NCBI RefSeq assembly: GCF_018350175.1
Contig: NC_058368.1
Span: forward strand, 62,002,001-62,066,000
Direction: 5' to 3'
Length of the DNA stretch: 64,000 nucleotides
From: Felis catus
Lineage: Eukaryota
Shown: positions 37,058 through 51,426 of the stretch, piece after piece
Layout of the letters: every line of letters starts with the position of its first letter
Numbering within the stretch: the stretch's first letter is position 1
Notes under the pieces: model-generated
Seen by the model: the letters and a program-made list of their open reading frames with translations, nothing else
The model's database searches: none
Told to the model about the DNA's origin: nothing
Position numbers and translations under genes: made by a program

Positions 37058-38559
37058 AATGTAATTACTTTTTAAGAAGAAGCAAATATGACGTTCCAAG
37101 AAGCCCAATTAAATAACACCTACAAACACCCAGGTTACACACCTACACTCATTTAACTCTGTTTATTTTACTGGTAATCATAACCTAAACTTCAGGTTTA
37201 TGTTACATTTTAAACAAATTTTAACTTTATGACAATAGTTAAGCAACCATTTTTATTATAGCCAGACTTTTCACGACTAATAAAAATGGTTTCTAGGATA
37301 ATTTAATAGAATATTTAAATTTTTTTTAAATTTATAGCAATAATCATTAAGCCTTGTTAATATTTTTCAGAATATATTGTACAATCAGGATCTATGATAT
37401 GTCTTAGATCAGATAATGTCACGGCAAGACATTAAAAAGACAATAAAAAACAAAACTTTGAAAGATAATGGCATGAGGTAGGAATGAGGAATTCTGTTCC
37501 ATTATTTATATAATTTAGATCCAACATTGCATTAAGAACATCCATTAGGCACTAAACTTCCACTTTTATTGAATTTTGACAAATTAAATTAAAGACACAT
37601 TTCTGAAAGTAATGATAAATTAGAACCTTTATATATTTTTAAAAAATTATGATGCAAATTGACGAATTGCTTAGCCTGATAATTCCTTTACTTCACCCTT
37701 CAGGTATTCATAGATTTAGCCATCATGGACCATATTTTTAAACAAGTATTATAATAATTTTGTATGGCGCTTTGTCTCTTATCTCCCTTTATCCTTTAGT
37801 TTATTTTAGATAAATGATTAAATTATCCATATCTACTTCCTATTTCAAATTGATTATGCTATTACTCAAAATAAATGGTGCTCTCCAAATATAAACCGCA
37901 GAAAGAATATTGACAACTGGGCACAGTCTTTTTGAGAATGGTCTTTTTTGAGACTATCTATGGTTTTCATTCTGATAGCTCTCACTGAATGGCGCTATCA
38001 CAGGAATTCATCCTGTTAGGATGTGTGTAAATCAAGAACGGTTTTCCTTTGACACTATCATTTGAGACAAGTAGAATCCTCACAGTGTAAAATGTGTTCT
38101 GATTTAAAATGTAGAAGCTTAGTTTAATTAAAATGCATACTTTTTATCAAGATTTGAATAAAAATCTAAAAAACAAAATCAATACACCACCTAACATCAA
38201 TGAATGGGAAGTCCTATTGTTGCTTGGGACATTAACACTTAAGAATATGCCAAGTGAAGAATAACATGACAAAAACAAAATAAAACAAAGGAACAGCAAT
38301 AATTTCTGTGTGTATTCATGTTTGCATGATCCTATAGAAAAGTGAAGGGAAGAAACACACAAGGAGATTAATCAGTCACGTCAGTGGAAACAGAATGGAA
38401 AGTGTATAAATTTTTTCCTTAAGACATCTTTGCTTGTTTCAGTAGAACGAAATTTATCTAAAAGGTAACTTTAAAATAAAATAACATTTGTGTCTGTTTT
38501 TATAAGTCAAATGTTCAGGTATTATAGTATAAACCATTATTTTAGCTACAGTTTCAACT

Positions 38560-39230
38560 TTGCAATTTTTATATAATAGAAAATTCATGTCAAAATGACA
38601 TCAGTGGAATTTTAGGTCATTACTCTCCCTGTTCCTCTTTTTATTATAAAAATATACCTTGCTACTCTATGTACATCATTGTTTTTAGATTGATCTCACT
38701 CTTTGTTAAGGATAATATTTATATTCCATTACACGATATTGTATGCTTTGTATAAACAGTATTCTGTTGTTGAATACTTAGTTTGCTTCCGGATTTTTTG
38801 ATATTACCCAAAGTGCTGCAATGGACATCTTCCCACTTACAAATGAACTTTCTTTAGTAATAATATCAGATGGCCCTCCAAAATATTGCTTTAATTATAC
38901 TCCTATATCTCTTATTTTTACCATACTGCTATAAAACTTTAAAAAGGGTTTGCTTTTGGATGTCATTAATTACTAATAAATGAAGTATGTTTTCTGATGT
39001 TTATTTCTAATTTATTTTGCACTGTTTATGAAACCTGTTAATAGTTTGTACTATATTTTTAAAAAACTGAGTTGTCAATCTTTCTTACTGATTATTGGTA
39101 TATTGTAAATTATTCTTTTGTCCTAATTGGTGGCACTTTTTGTTTTAAAATAATTTTCCATTACTATATGTACTAATGTTAATTAAGCATTTCCCTTATG
39201 ACTTCTGCATTTTGGTCACATTTTGAAATC
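38560..39230 (-). mobile_element. Very old L1 (L1ME-like) fragment
   Basis: 'ttctgttgttgaatacttagtttgcttccggattttttgatattac..aaagtgctgcaatggacatctt' is a reverse L1 3' motif. Confidence 0.6.
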
Positions 39231-39441
39231 ATCATTGGCAACTTCTGTTTTCCAGATTTTTGAGGGGACCAAATACACTTCTATAGAACATAGCAAGAGT
39301 GAAAATTGTTCTGTTCTCCTTTTCGACAAGAGTGTCATTTAGACATCAATGTATTCCCATAATAGTCATAAAACCTGGTTATAAAATGCTTAGATCATCA
39401 TTCCAAAGTCCTTCCTACTAACTTAAAGGTGAGATTTTAAA

Positions 39442-39500
39442 TTTTTTTTATAGTTTTATTTATTTATTTTGAGAGACAGAGAGAACGAGTAGGGTAGGGG

Positions 39501-39539
<39 letters not shown>

Positions 39540-39645
39540 TTCCAAGCAGCCTCAGAACCTGACACAAACTCACAAACTGTGAGATCATGACCTGAGCCCA
39601 GATCAAGAGTCAGATGCTTAAATGACTGACCCACCCAGGCTCCCC
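39442..39645 (-). mobile_element. Can-SINE with internal deletion
   Basis: Reverse head and (GA)n tract. Confidence 0.9.
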
Positions 39646-39727
39646 AAAGTGATATATTATTTTTAGATACAGCTGAGTAAACAAAGTAACTTCATCTTTA
39701 GTGTCTCTCCATATGGTGTGTGTAACC

Positions 39728-39784
<57 letters not shown>

Positions 39785-39907
39785 TATACATACACACACT
39801 CACATAGATATGTATGTATATATATATAATGTATATATGTATATGTGTATATATATAATATAGATGTATGTATATATAATATATATGTATATATGTGTAT
39901 ATATATA
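39728..39907. repeat. (TA)n/(TATG)n compound microsatellite
   Basis: Read directly from the sequence. Confidence 0.95.
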
Positions 39908-41479
39908 AGGTATAATATTTCTTACACATTATATGTATTTACATGCATACTTCAACTCTAGAGATAATAGACAGCATCCTTTTTTGTTACTGACTGTTTT
40001 CCCTTGGAAGCCGAAGTGTTGAATAGATTTCCTATTAGTGGAGTTTGGTCCTTGCATGTTACCCCATCAATTTTGCAAAGACTAGAAACACAACTCTCAT
40101 AGTTTTTACCCATTTCATCAGAAATACATCTCATGTTTTAGTTTAAAATATCTTACAGACTTTAAATAATATATACAATTCTGACTATATTTGTCTTTTA
40201 TTAAAATTAACATAAAAAGCATCGGGTATTTACTGAGTTTATTGTAAGTATTTCTGAATAATTATTTGTCTTCCTTCCATAATAATAGAGAAAAAGTGAT
40301 CTTTGAAAATTTTTATACTAATTTTGCTTCATATAGATTGAAGTATTAAAATCAAGCCAACACACTTTATTTTTAAACCTAATGTTTCCACTTAGATTAT
40401 GTAAACTATCTTGCTGCTACCTTAAGCAAATCTGTTTTATTTGCTATATGTTGGAATAATGAGTTATGCAAACAATGACCTTACATTTAGTTTTTTTCAC
40501 TTTCTAATTTACATGATTCCTGATTTCACACCTCCATATCATTGATCACTTTCTCAACTGCATTTTTATGTTCTTTGTGTGTGTGTGTGATCTTAAAAAT
40601 ATGATAAAAGTCACTTTTGTCTGAGCAAGCGAATGACTAAGAATATTATATTTTTTCATTTAAAAAATCTCATTTGTAATTGTGGCTCATTTATGTATTT
40701 TTCTCTAACTTTTCTCTCCCATTTTCTCCAACAGATATTATCTTATATTATGCAATACAATCTGAGTTCAGCAGTATGGTAGCAATCTTTATATTAGGTT
40801 GAAATTATTTACTTATGGAGCTCCCTCTTTCATCAGTTAAGACACCAAGTTATTCAAGAGTAAAGAACCATACTATATTTCATGAAATGTAATGAATTCT
40901 TTAATGGATATAAGATTAGCTCTATTCATTAATTTCTTTTGATTTTAAATAAGAGGAAAGGGTTCTATATTGCTTTAAGAAATAAAATAAGTAAATAAGT
41001 AAACTGAAACAGCAATAGCAAAGGCATCAATAAATATAATGAAATAATCTAGGATTAGGTGAGCAATTCTAAGGCCTCACTGATTAATCAAACCTGAGAA
41101 GACCCAGAAGTAGGCCTGTTCTGAGGATATCAGATAAATTCACCAAGATTCCTTTCTAAAGCCCAATCATTAAGTGATATAAATCTAGGCTTTGAGTGTC
41201 TTGGATTAATATTCTACTTTAATGGAGACGAATAAAAGAACAATGATAAGCATGGTGCAGTATAAATTTCTACTTTTAAATTGTCTATACCTGTGTTTTA
41301 TCCATATAGTTGAGAAAAAAGCTGCTGGAGGCACTTTCTGGTATATTAAGGGTGATTCCCAGAGAAGATGAATTTGGAATTAAATAAGCAGCCAAACCAA
41401 GATGTGTTTAACACATTTAGATTGCAGGGGATTCCAGTGTTTGTTTTGAGGATTACTAAGTGTAATACTAATCAGAATA

Positions 41480-41610
41480 TATTGAGACCAGAATCTGTGC
41501 CAGATGATGGATTGGATACAATATCCTGTTAAATCCTCAAAGCCACCTTGCAAGGTAAGTAAGATTACAATAATCTCCATTTTATAGGTAATGAATCTAA
41601 GGCTTAGATT
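41480..41610 (-). mobile_element. MIR fragment
   Basis: 'aatcctcaaagccaccttgcaaggtaagt...atctccattttataggtaatgaatctaaggcttaga' matches the reverse MIR core. Confidence 0.7.
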
Positions 41611-41931
41611 ATTTCCTTAACAGTGTTCTAATATTTTTCCATGTGCATATTTTCCCCTTGGTTGTCACATTCATATTAAAGAGTTGCACGTTTATTATGA
41701 TGGATTGGGTTTGGTAATCTTTCAATAACATCATTGTATGGTAAATGATTAACTGACTAAATTTATTAAAAATAAATACATGAAATAAATTTTAAAGGCT
41801 ATGCTTATTCTTTATAATGGAAAAATGTACAACGTTGCTTTGACTTGCTTTGATAATTTTAATGATTAAGTAAGAGAATATGATCTTACATTCAGTATGA
41901 ATCAGTGTATCACTATTTGTATCTATACAAT

Positions 41932-42642
41932 TGTAGGGGAGGCAGATTTTTCTCTCTACCCTCCTAGGGTTTTTCATGTGTGCCTCAGAATTAAATTGAC
42001 ATAACACAGATTAACAGGAGAAAAACATACAAATTATGTAAGTTTTACATGACATGGGAGCCCTCATAAGAAATGAAGTTTCAAAAAAATGGTGGAGCCT
42101 ATAATGCTTCTATAGTAGGTTAAACATAGAGAGGCAATTGGTCTCTTAGAATGGAATTCTCTCTGTTTTTACTTTTTGTCCTTTACAGTGAAAACGTTAC
42201 CGGGGCACCTGGGTGGTTCAGTGGGTTGAGTGTCTAACTTTAGCTCAGGTCATGATCTTGCGGTTCATGAGTCTGAGCCCCACCTCAGGCTCACTGCTGC
42301 TAGTGGGAAGCCTGCTTTGGATCCTCTGTTCCCCTCTCTCTCTGCCCCTTCTTCACTTGCACCTCTCTCTCTCTCTCAAAAAAAGTAAAAACAAAAAACA
42401 ACAATGAACCAACCTTTTAAAAATATTACTCTCTTCTGGTACAGGGAGGACATTTTTCACATGGGAATCTCATCTATGGCCTCTAAGGGAAAAAAAAATA
42501 AAAGGGAAGGTCAGAGTTTTGTTTTGTTTTGTTTTGTTTTGTTTTGTTTTTATGCAATTGCTATTTTTCAAGTGCCTTTAATTCAAAATAATCTTTATGC
42601 CAAAGTGACATATTTTGGCGTGGCCTATCCTGTCATCCTTCA
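41932..42642 (-). mobile_element. MER34-like ERV1 solo LTR, split by a SINE
   Basis: tg...ca termini; reverse 5' motif 'ttcaaaataatctttatgccaaagtgacatattttggcgtggcctatcctgtcatccttca'. Confidence 0.8.
42202..42403 (+). mobile_element. Can-SINE
   Basis: Head, CT tract and A tail. Confidence 0.92.
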
Positions 42643-43261
42643 CTTACACCTATGCTTATATCTATATCTATGCTCATGCTTATCCATGTATCTGATTTTA
42701 CATCTACGTCACTATCCATATATATATTGACCTCTGTAATTGTATCTGTTTATAATTTACTACAAAACAATAAAACTAACTTCTTACTTTTTTCTTGCAT
42801 CAAAATTTTTTTTTAAAATGGAAGAACTTGAAGAACTCTAAGCTAAGATTATCAGAAAGCAAAAATTCTATAGAAATCTCTGTCGCTTTCATATGTGATA
42901 ATGTTAGGCATATGTTAGCAATAAGTCTGAATCCAAAATTGAATATTACCAAAAATATTTTAAATTTTATTTCTTAGTTAGAAAAAAGACTGTGTAAGTG
43001 TGCATGTGTTCATTTTTTTTTTAAACTATGAAATGGAGAATGACATTTTTTTCGAATCTTAAGCTAACCCTTACTAGAATAATAAACGAGTATGAAGTAA
43101 AGGATGAACAACTCACTTTCCAGAAAGTTCTCTTTGCATGTACTATTTGTTTTCTGTATTATTATTTATTTTTTTACTCCTTAAAGTAATAGCATGACTT
43201 GAATAGAAAAAAGCCTTTAGGGATATGGTATAAAAAAATCCTCGTAAAGACCTATGTTTTA

Positions 43262-43483
43262 TTTTTTTTAATTTTTTTAACGTTTTTATTTATTTTTGAG
43301 ACAGAGAGAGACAGAGCATGAATGGGGGAGGGGCAGAGAGAGAAGGAGACACAGAATCAGAAGCAGGCTCCAGGCTCTGAGCCATCAGCCCAGAGCCCTA
43401 CGCAGAGCTTGAACTCACGGACCATGAGATCCTGACCTGAGCCGAAGTCGGATGCTTAACCGACTGAGCCACCCAGGCGCCCC
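43262..43483 (-). mobile_element. Felid Can-SINE
   Basis: Perfect TSD aagacctatgtttta at 43247-43261 and 43484-43498. Confidence 0.97.
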
Positions 43484-46400
43484 AAGACCTATGTTTTAAA
43501 GGGCAAATGTATGCCCTGGTCAAAAATTGTGTAGGTTAGCCTCATTGTGAGTCTGAGTTAATCAAGGATTCTTCACTGCTGCTAAAGTATCCTTTTGTTG
43601 ATGTTTTGCTGGCACTCCTTATTCCATAAATTCTTATGACCTAAGCTCTAATTTACGTTTAGGCAGTATATTAACATTGCTGTTATCTGGAGTTGGGGCG
43701 TACTAGTTCTTTTAGTTTGTGTGCCTATTACTTCTTACCTATCATATCCTATAGTCCAGATTATGAGCCCTTGTTCACAGTGGTTTTTTTTAAGCAGAAA
43801 TACTGAAAGCCCTGCATTGTGGGCGTGTCCCTACAGGACAGGCCCATGTACACTAAGAGTCTTACTGCTCTGGAACCAATTTGGCAGGGGGTCGGGGAAG
43901 GGTGGATTTATTGCTTGGGGGATTTCTGGAACATAGTATAAATTCCAACCTCAGACCCCTATGATACTCAGTTTAGTAGTTATGAAATCTAAGAATGAAT
44001 TAACTTTGTACCCATGCATCTGACGAAAGCAGTGAATATTCTTTGTGCCACTGGGCAGATTTTTTTCTCAAATCTAACTTTTCTTTTACGGTGCCCCTTT
44101 ATTTATATAGTGGTCATAGCCCCAAATCCCCACTAATATTTTACCTCCTATTTTTTGTAAGAGAGTATATAAATATGTACCATATATGTTTCCATATATA
44201 CACTCCTATTTCTGTAAGAGTCTATATAAGGAATGTACATATTTAAGGTATATAAAGTATATAAATTATAATTCTGTTTGTTTTAGTAAATACTGGGGTT
44301 TAATAAAATTTTACAAGGCACATATAATTATAGCCTTTTTCTATGAATATTGGAATTTTCATCAAAAGAAATGACATAATATCAATACTGTGAATGTATG
44401 TAACAATGCATGTATGTATATAGTAAGACTCACTATAGTCCCATACCCCAAGGTTTGTGATAGCTCAGAGTTCTTCCAATGATTTCTAGGAGTTCCACGA
44501 CTTCCTTCATCCTGTGTTTTCTGCTTCCATACTCAGCAACAAAGTCGCGAGTCCAGTGCAAAATCCACTCCTTCATCACTTCCCATAGGCGATCCATTCA
44601 AACTAAGCACTTCTTTAAATTAACTTCACTGAATATTTTGTCTTTCCCGGCAAAGCTTCAGATCTCTGAGTGGGCAGGCTACCAGCCATCTCGCAAATCT
44701 TACTATCCTACTTCCTCCTTCTTTCTCTCCAAGTTAGAAAACAGTCTCATCACCCACCACAATCTTGTCTCCATCCAAGAATTATTTTCATATCTAGGCC
44801 TCATACAGGATAAGTTTATGTGTCCAAATGTTTTTCAGAATATTTTACAAACAAACACAGATTTGTAAGACGAATTCTAGTGACAAATATTGATGGGAAA
44901 CAATTTTCTCACTTCTGGCAAGTGTAGGTACAGGTATTTTTTTCTGTTGTCTCTTTTTCTTCTTCCTAGGAACAAAGAAAGGAAAACCCAGTAATATGAA
45001 GGTCATTGTGGTTGTGAGGTTTCAATTTAAATCAATAATATATTTCAGTAAGTGGTGTTGTTCTAAGACTAATGCAATCCCCTGCTTCCTCTGATGCCTG
45101 ATCCATGTCAACTGATGATACTAGCAATGTTTTTTGATAGTGAATATATCTTTGTTGGGAGAATATTATTCTCAGGCACAGTGGTAGACAAATGGAGGAC
45201 GCTTTTCCCCATTAGCATATGGACCACAACTCTGAAAACTGTTGCAAATATGCAAATAATCAGGTTAGTAACTCCCTCAATCCAAATTTGTGCTGATTCA
45301 GTAGAGTAAGATTAACATTTCCTCCGACCGTATTTCTAGATATAAAAGAACAGATGGGAATGTGAGTCACCCTAAACCTTCTAGGGTAATTTTGTGTATG
45401 AAGGAGATGCATAACCCATTTCTGGCTTCCCAGTTTATGATTCTGTTTCAATTTGGGGTGGTACACATTTGTTCCTAAATTTACCATGTTTATTTACAGA
45501 GTTATATTCTGCTTTAAAATATATATAATCTTCATTTACCTTGGAGTGATTGCTTAAAAGAGTAATGTTAACAAAATTAATAGAAGCTGCTTCAACCATT
45601 GTTTCATAGACGGCTTTCTTAGGATTGTATTCCTTTTCTAGAGATTAATATAACTAAACGTTTTTAATCTGAAACAGTAAGAAAATAGGGAAATGGAAAT
45701 TGTAGTTTATCAACAATATCACATATATTAATAAATCCAATAGACAAATATTTCCTAACATGATCCTGCAATTTTTTTTAAACAAGCAATTCTGTTATAT
45801 TTGCATTTTACGTTCTGAGCAAAATGTTACCGCTTGTGTCCAAAGAGTGTCCTTTGAAAGGTGTCATTGTCAAAGAAAATTAATTCATGGCTCACACTAT
45901 GCACTGTCAGCATCTATTGTTATCTTTTTTCTTCCTCCCTGTCATTCAGATTAATAACATAAGTGGTGCTATATGCTTACAGCTTTCTTCTCCTTGTCAT
46001 TTGACTCAGAATCTCCTTTGCACAAGTAATTTTTCTTCAGCGAATTTAAATGTACTGCAATATATCTATGTTTGGTTAAAAGTGCTATACAATCATTTCC
46101 CTTCCGACTACTCTTATTAAAACTAATTTAATAGACCTCTTCATGTTGTAGGTTTTATTTCCTAAACACTTCATCGCAAAATAACTTTGGGGTCTTACAA
46201 CCATTTTTGGTTATAGTTTGGGACTAAAAGTATTTTAACATTATTTATGACACCTTTTAAAATGAGCTTTTTATTAAAAATATTAAATCACTAACAACAT
46301 ACACAATAGAGCTACTCTTCTTAGTCTCATGATTATGAAATTCTTGCCAGCTATTTATGGAAATCATCCACACTATGTGAATTCATGCATAAATAGAGTG

Positions 46401-46679
46401 AAAGTGGTAAATTGTTCTATATTGAGACATAAATGTAATCTAAGATGTTCAATGTTTAAATGTGTAGGTTTTATGCTCAAAAGAAATTAAGTGCTTGTTC
46501 CAATGAACAAAGAAAAGACCATAAACCTTGGAATCATCCTTGCTTATAAACCTGGAAGCTAGCAAAGCAAGGCAGATAAATTCTGGAAGATTTATAGGTT
46601 AGACTTGCATTTTGAAAATGCTTATACAAATTTTAATGCAAAAAATAAAAACCTCAATAGGCATTTCAAACGCATTATA

Positions 46680-47070
46680 ATTGCTGGAAGATCTGGGTTT
46701 GAAGTCAGGTCGCTGCCACTAGGTTTCAGGCTCATGCCATCGGAGCCATTGCTGCAGTTGGAAATCATCAAGCAGCTCCTGCAACCACTTAGGGTTCAGG
46801 ATGCTGCCGGAAACCATTGCTAATTTCATAGCTGCCCTACACCCATAAAGCTTTTCTTACACATTGAAACATAGAGGCTTCCGTTCTACGAATTCATATC
46901 ACTCTCCACTGCAGCTTGGGGATGAATAGATTCTGCCTTCGCAATCTGGCACCCGCTTGATTCCTTGGAACAACCTGAATCACATCTCCAAGTTAAATGG
47001 AAAGAGAGTCTGGGATTGTAGTTGTTTGCGTCAGTACTTGCAGTATGGCGAGAGTAGGAGGAAGGGGTGG
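46680..47070. mobile_element. Possible old ERVL/MaLR LTR (LTR33-like)
   Basis: 'ttgattccttggaacaacctgaatcacat...gagagtctgggattgtagtt' resembles the LTR33/MLT1K motif. Confidence 0.35.
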
Positions 47071-47424
47071 CGACAAATGCTGTGTGTCTGTGACAATAAC
47101 TAGTATACTAGCCAGTGTTTCACTGGCACACAAGATACTGTTAGTTGAGGTGTTGAAAGTGTCCACTTTACAGCCTTATAGGTTGGGTATAGTTGGAGTC
47201 ATAGGATATGTTCTTCAGCATTATATTGTCTTATCCTTCCAACTACCCTCCTCACCTTCCTGTGAATATTCTTCCCTAGAGAGGGAAATGAAAATTTGGA
47301 CATCTAAGCTATTTCATCAGGGTCCTAGAGAGAGGGAGCTGAGGTGTTTGATCTTTACAGTTCTGTATTGTGTCCCAGAGCCTGAAGAGCTCTGGTTTCC
47401 CAGAGCAGGGAAGAATGCCAGAGT

Positions 47425-47953
47425 ACTTGTTGGTCCCTCATAAATCCTCCTTGGTGACACCTGGGATAGAGACACATATTGGTACTCACCTTTACTCCTT
47501 TGTAAAATCTTCACCTTTGTGTAGGCAGAATCTGTGACTTTCTTTTAACCAATAGAAAATGGTAGAAGCGATTAGATGTCATTCCAGTGATTACATAACA
47601 TTACATATCAAAGGTGATAGGCTATCACTCCCACGATTATGTTATGTTACATACAATTCCATCTTGTTTACTGACTTGCTCAATAATCTCGTTCTCTCTC
47701 CTTCTATTGCTGACTTTGAAACCTCAAGTTTCCATGAATTTTTGAGTTGCAGAAAATGAATCCTACCAATAACTTGTATGAGTTCTCCATACAAGAGCCT
47801 TCTCCAGTCAGGCTTTCAGATAAGAACTGAGTTCTGAGTGACACCCTGTGGAAAACCCAGATTGGTGACCCACAGGTACTGTGGGGTACTATAGGATGTT
47901 TTAAGATGCTAAAATTGTGGTGGTTTGTCATATAGCAATGTAAAACTAATTCA
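47425..47953 (+). mobile_element. MLT1E/F-like MaLR solo LTR
   Basis: 'tgtgactttcttttaaccaatagaaaatggtagaag..gatgtcattcc'; end 'tgttttaagatgctaaaattgtggtggtttgtcatatagcaatgtaaaactaattca'. Confidence 0.8.
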
Positions 47954-48057
47954 GGGGATATGGAGAATTGTAAATATACTAGAAAAAGAGCAATTTCAGA
48001 AGAGGAAAGCTTCAGAAGAGCACATGATCTTAACACAGTAAATAAAATACAGTGAGT

Positions 48058-48295
48058 GGTGTGCCTGGGTGGCTCAGTTGGTTGGGCGTCCGACTTCAGC
48101 TCAGGTCATGATCTCACAGTTCGTGAGTTTGAGCCCCGCATCAGGCTCTGGGCTGACTGCTCAGAGCCAGGAGCCTGTTTCGGATTCTGTGTCTCCCTCT
48201 CTCTCTGACCCTCCCCCATTCATGCTCTGTCTCTCTCTGTCCCAAAAATAAACCTTAAAAAATTTTTAATAAAAAAATAAAAAATAAATAAAATA
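48058..48295 (+). mobile_element. Felid Can-SINE
   Basis: Head, CT tract, A tail; TSD-like aaaatacagtgagt / aaaattcaatgagt. Confidence 0.95.
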
Positions 48296-49257
48296 AAATT
48301 CAATGAGTAAAAAAAGTATTATATAATAATTATATAATAATATCTAAGTTATGACATTGTGAATAGCAAACTCTTCACCTTTTCCCTACAATCTCTTCTT
48401 AGGGCAAGATAAGGGCCAGAGATTTTGACATTAGTGAAAGGGATGATATCATGGTCTTTGCCCTTAAGGAATGAACATAGAATCATTTGGAAAAGCACAG
48501 AGCTAAGTGTGAATATTACCACAAAATGTTAGGCCATTAACATTGACCCTATAATTGTTTGCTTGTTGTAATTTAAGTTAACTTAATGCTTAGTCGAATG
48601 AAGGATTTAATCTGTGCTGATTGAAATTAAGTAAAAAATAATAACAAAATTATGAAAAATCTATACCATTAAAAGTTACAAGTGCGTCAGAAAACATTTT
48701 GGGGGTATTAAAAATAATAGGTGTCATGTATTAAAACTATGCTTATTTTAATAGTTCAAATAGTAATAATAAAAATGCTAAAATTATTCCCATTTAAAGG
48801 TGAAGAAAGTGAAGTTAACTGATTTTTCATTTTCTACAATGTATAATTTAATATTTTAAATCTCCCTTAGTCTCCAATTGTGCTTTATAGAATAAATTTT
48901 ATAACGTAAAGAAATTCCTTAATCACATACACTTGGTCAACACAAGGTTAAACTGTTTCTGTGTGTTTGGTTGTGATGTTGCTGATAAAGTTGTTGCTGA
49001 ATTATATATTTGATTGTTTTACCCCCAGCAAGGCTCGGTGAGCCTTGACTATGCTTCAAGAAGGGTGAGCTATGTGAAGATTAAATTTCTCAAACTTATT
49101 TGACTAGACCAGGTTTTGATCGCAGAACACCTACTATTACATTGGAGCAAGAGTTCACCAAAAACATTTCTGGCAAATCTTTTGTCTACATAAATGTACA
49201 ACAATTAATTCTTTCCAAAATTCCTAGAAAAACTTAAAGTTAAAAAAAAATGTATTA

Positions 49258-49451
49258 GGAGCACCTGGATGGCTCAGTTAATTGAACATCCAACTCTTGA
49301 TTTCAGCTCAGGTCATGATCCAAGGGTTGTGGGACTCTGCTTGGAATTCTCTCTTCCTCCCTCTGCCCTCTTCCTCTCTACCCAGCTCAGGCTCTCACTC
49401 TCTTTCTCTCTCTCTCTCTAATATATATGTGTATATATGTATATGTGTATA

Positions 49452-49482
<31 letters not shown>
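49258..49482 (+). mobile_element. Can-SINE with internal deletion, tail replaced by (TA)n/(TATG)n
   Basis: Head ggagcacctggatggctcag; CT tract runs into a TA repeat. Confidence 0.85.
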
Positions 49483-51426
49483 CCTATTTGCCTAATTAAA
49501 TATAGAAACAAGCAAGGCAGTTTTACTACCATGTGCATCAAAGCTATATAAAAACTATACATATTTATTTGGTTACATGTAGTGAAAGCCATTTATTCAA
49601 TGAAGACATGATATATGTTGCACATGTATGAATAAAGAGTTCGGAATATTGATAAGAATATAATGCAAGTTATTTTTCACATTTTCTATACACATATGTG
49701 GAAAATTAATATAATATTCCTACAATAATATTCCTCTAGTACAATGATAAGTTTATTTTGAAAAATTTGAGATTAAAAATAGAATAATACAATAAAATAT
49801 ACTATTTCAGTTATTGTGTAAAATATGCCTTGAATGGCATGACTCAGCTCACAGTCTATACAAATATCTAAAATAAAACAAAATAAGTTGCATTACATCT
49901 TCACTTGCTTAATAATTTTAGAGCTTTCTGAGTTTTGATATATTTAAGATTTTCCACCCACCTTAAATAAATTAAAATTCATATTGATCTGTGTTACAAA
50001 TGGCTAACTGAAACTGAATATTATACCATGGTGTTTTTTGGAAAAAAAAGGCTAAATATAAAGGAAAAATACACATAATACAAAAGGTATAAAAGAAGCA
50101 GAAGAGGAATGGGTAGCCATTATTAATAGTTATGGAAAAATCAGATCAATTTTATAACTGTAATGATGCCCACTCAACCCTAAAATTGAAGTACATATAA
50201 AAGCTTTTCAGTTCTATGTATTATTTTTATCTTAGGTTTTATAATATATCGGTCAGTCTGAGTTATTCTGAACAAAAACAACAACAGAAGTTAATCTCTA
50301 TACAAGCCATTGATAATTTTCATTTAAGTATGTTTATATTGAAGACATTTATCAATGAGAGAAGTTTCCTTTCAGTGGAGCTAAGGGACCATCAGGAAGT
50401 TTTGTTTTTTGTTTTTTGTTTTTTGTTTTTTACTAATCAAATATGTAGTTTTGCATATAATCCAAAGCTCTAGATTAGCATTTCAAGGAGGGAAGGCTAT
50501 ACAGAGTGCATTATGACATTTTATTGCAAAATTATGTCTTAGATGTTGGCACTAACCATCCCTTAGATGAGTAAATGTATGGGCTTTTAAAACACAAAGA
50601 TATTACTGAGTGAGAATTTTTGGATTCTGATAAGTGAAAGATATTTTTTGAGTAAAAAGACCCACTGAGTTCCCTTCAGGTTGTCTCTTCCATTTTTTAC
50701 AAAATATTGGTTCCACTCAGAATATTTCTACAGCTTTCAGAGACTGGTTGTCATTTTATTCAAATTAGATGCAACTCTAATTGCTTGGAGTTAAAACTCA
50801 GTTAACAACATAGTGAGCACATTAATGATTCTCTCTTCAGGGAGTTATAAAAATTAACATAATACCAATAACATTAATAATAATAATAATAATTTTAACA
50901 CATTAATATGTATTCCACCGTATATAAGAATATCTTTAATGGTGCTGAATTAGTGAATGAATGATTTTCTTATATGAGTTTTCTTTTGAACCATTATTTT
51001 AAATTAAGACTATTTTGCATCTAAAGGATATACTGGAGGGCAATTTGAATTCCTAAAACTGATTATTCCTACTGTATCTCTCAGTTACAATCTGTGTCTT
51101 CTTCTATCCTTTCATTTTTATGGGTTAGGCCCATAGCTAGTAGATTGGCTTGTGGTTTATGAAAGATTGTGATAAAAATATCTGTGTAAACACAATAAAC
51201 TCTGTATTGGGAATTTTGATTAAAACACAATGAAGGAATCTGTTAAATAGTACTGGGATATTACACAAGAGTAGCTGAGCCACATTAATAGCAATGTAAT
51301 AAAATTATAATTAATAAGTAACTTCTAGAAGTTTCCTCTAAAGTGCCCTGAATTCAGTTACAGTGTCTATGAATCCCATGTATAACCACAACCACTGCCC
51401 TCAAGCTCTAGTGAGAGACTTGTCTT

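Noticed and set aside
44479..44868. 129-aa ORF
   Set aside because: No recognisable homology; the pyrimidine-rich composition suggests a decayed LINE (possibly L2) fragment.
46997..47443. 148-aa ORF
   Set aside because: Bridges old LTR-like sequences; no domain or splice support.
49029..49047. 8-bp stem hairpin caaggctc-ggt-gagccttg
   Set aside because: Too short to exceed chance expectation in 64 kb; no terminator or ncRNA context.
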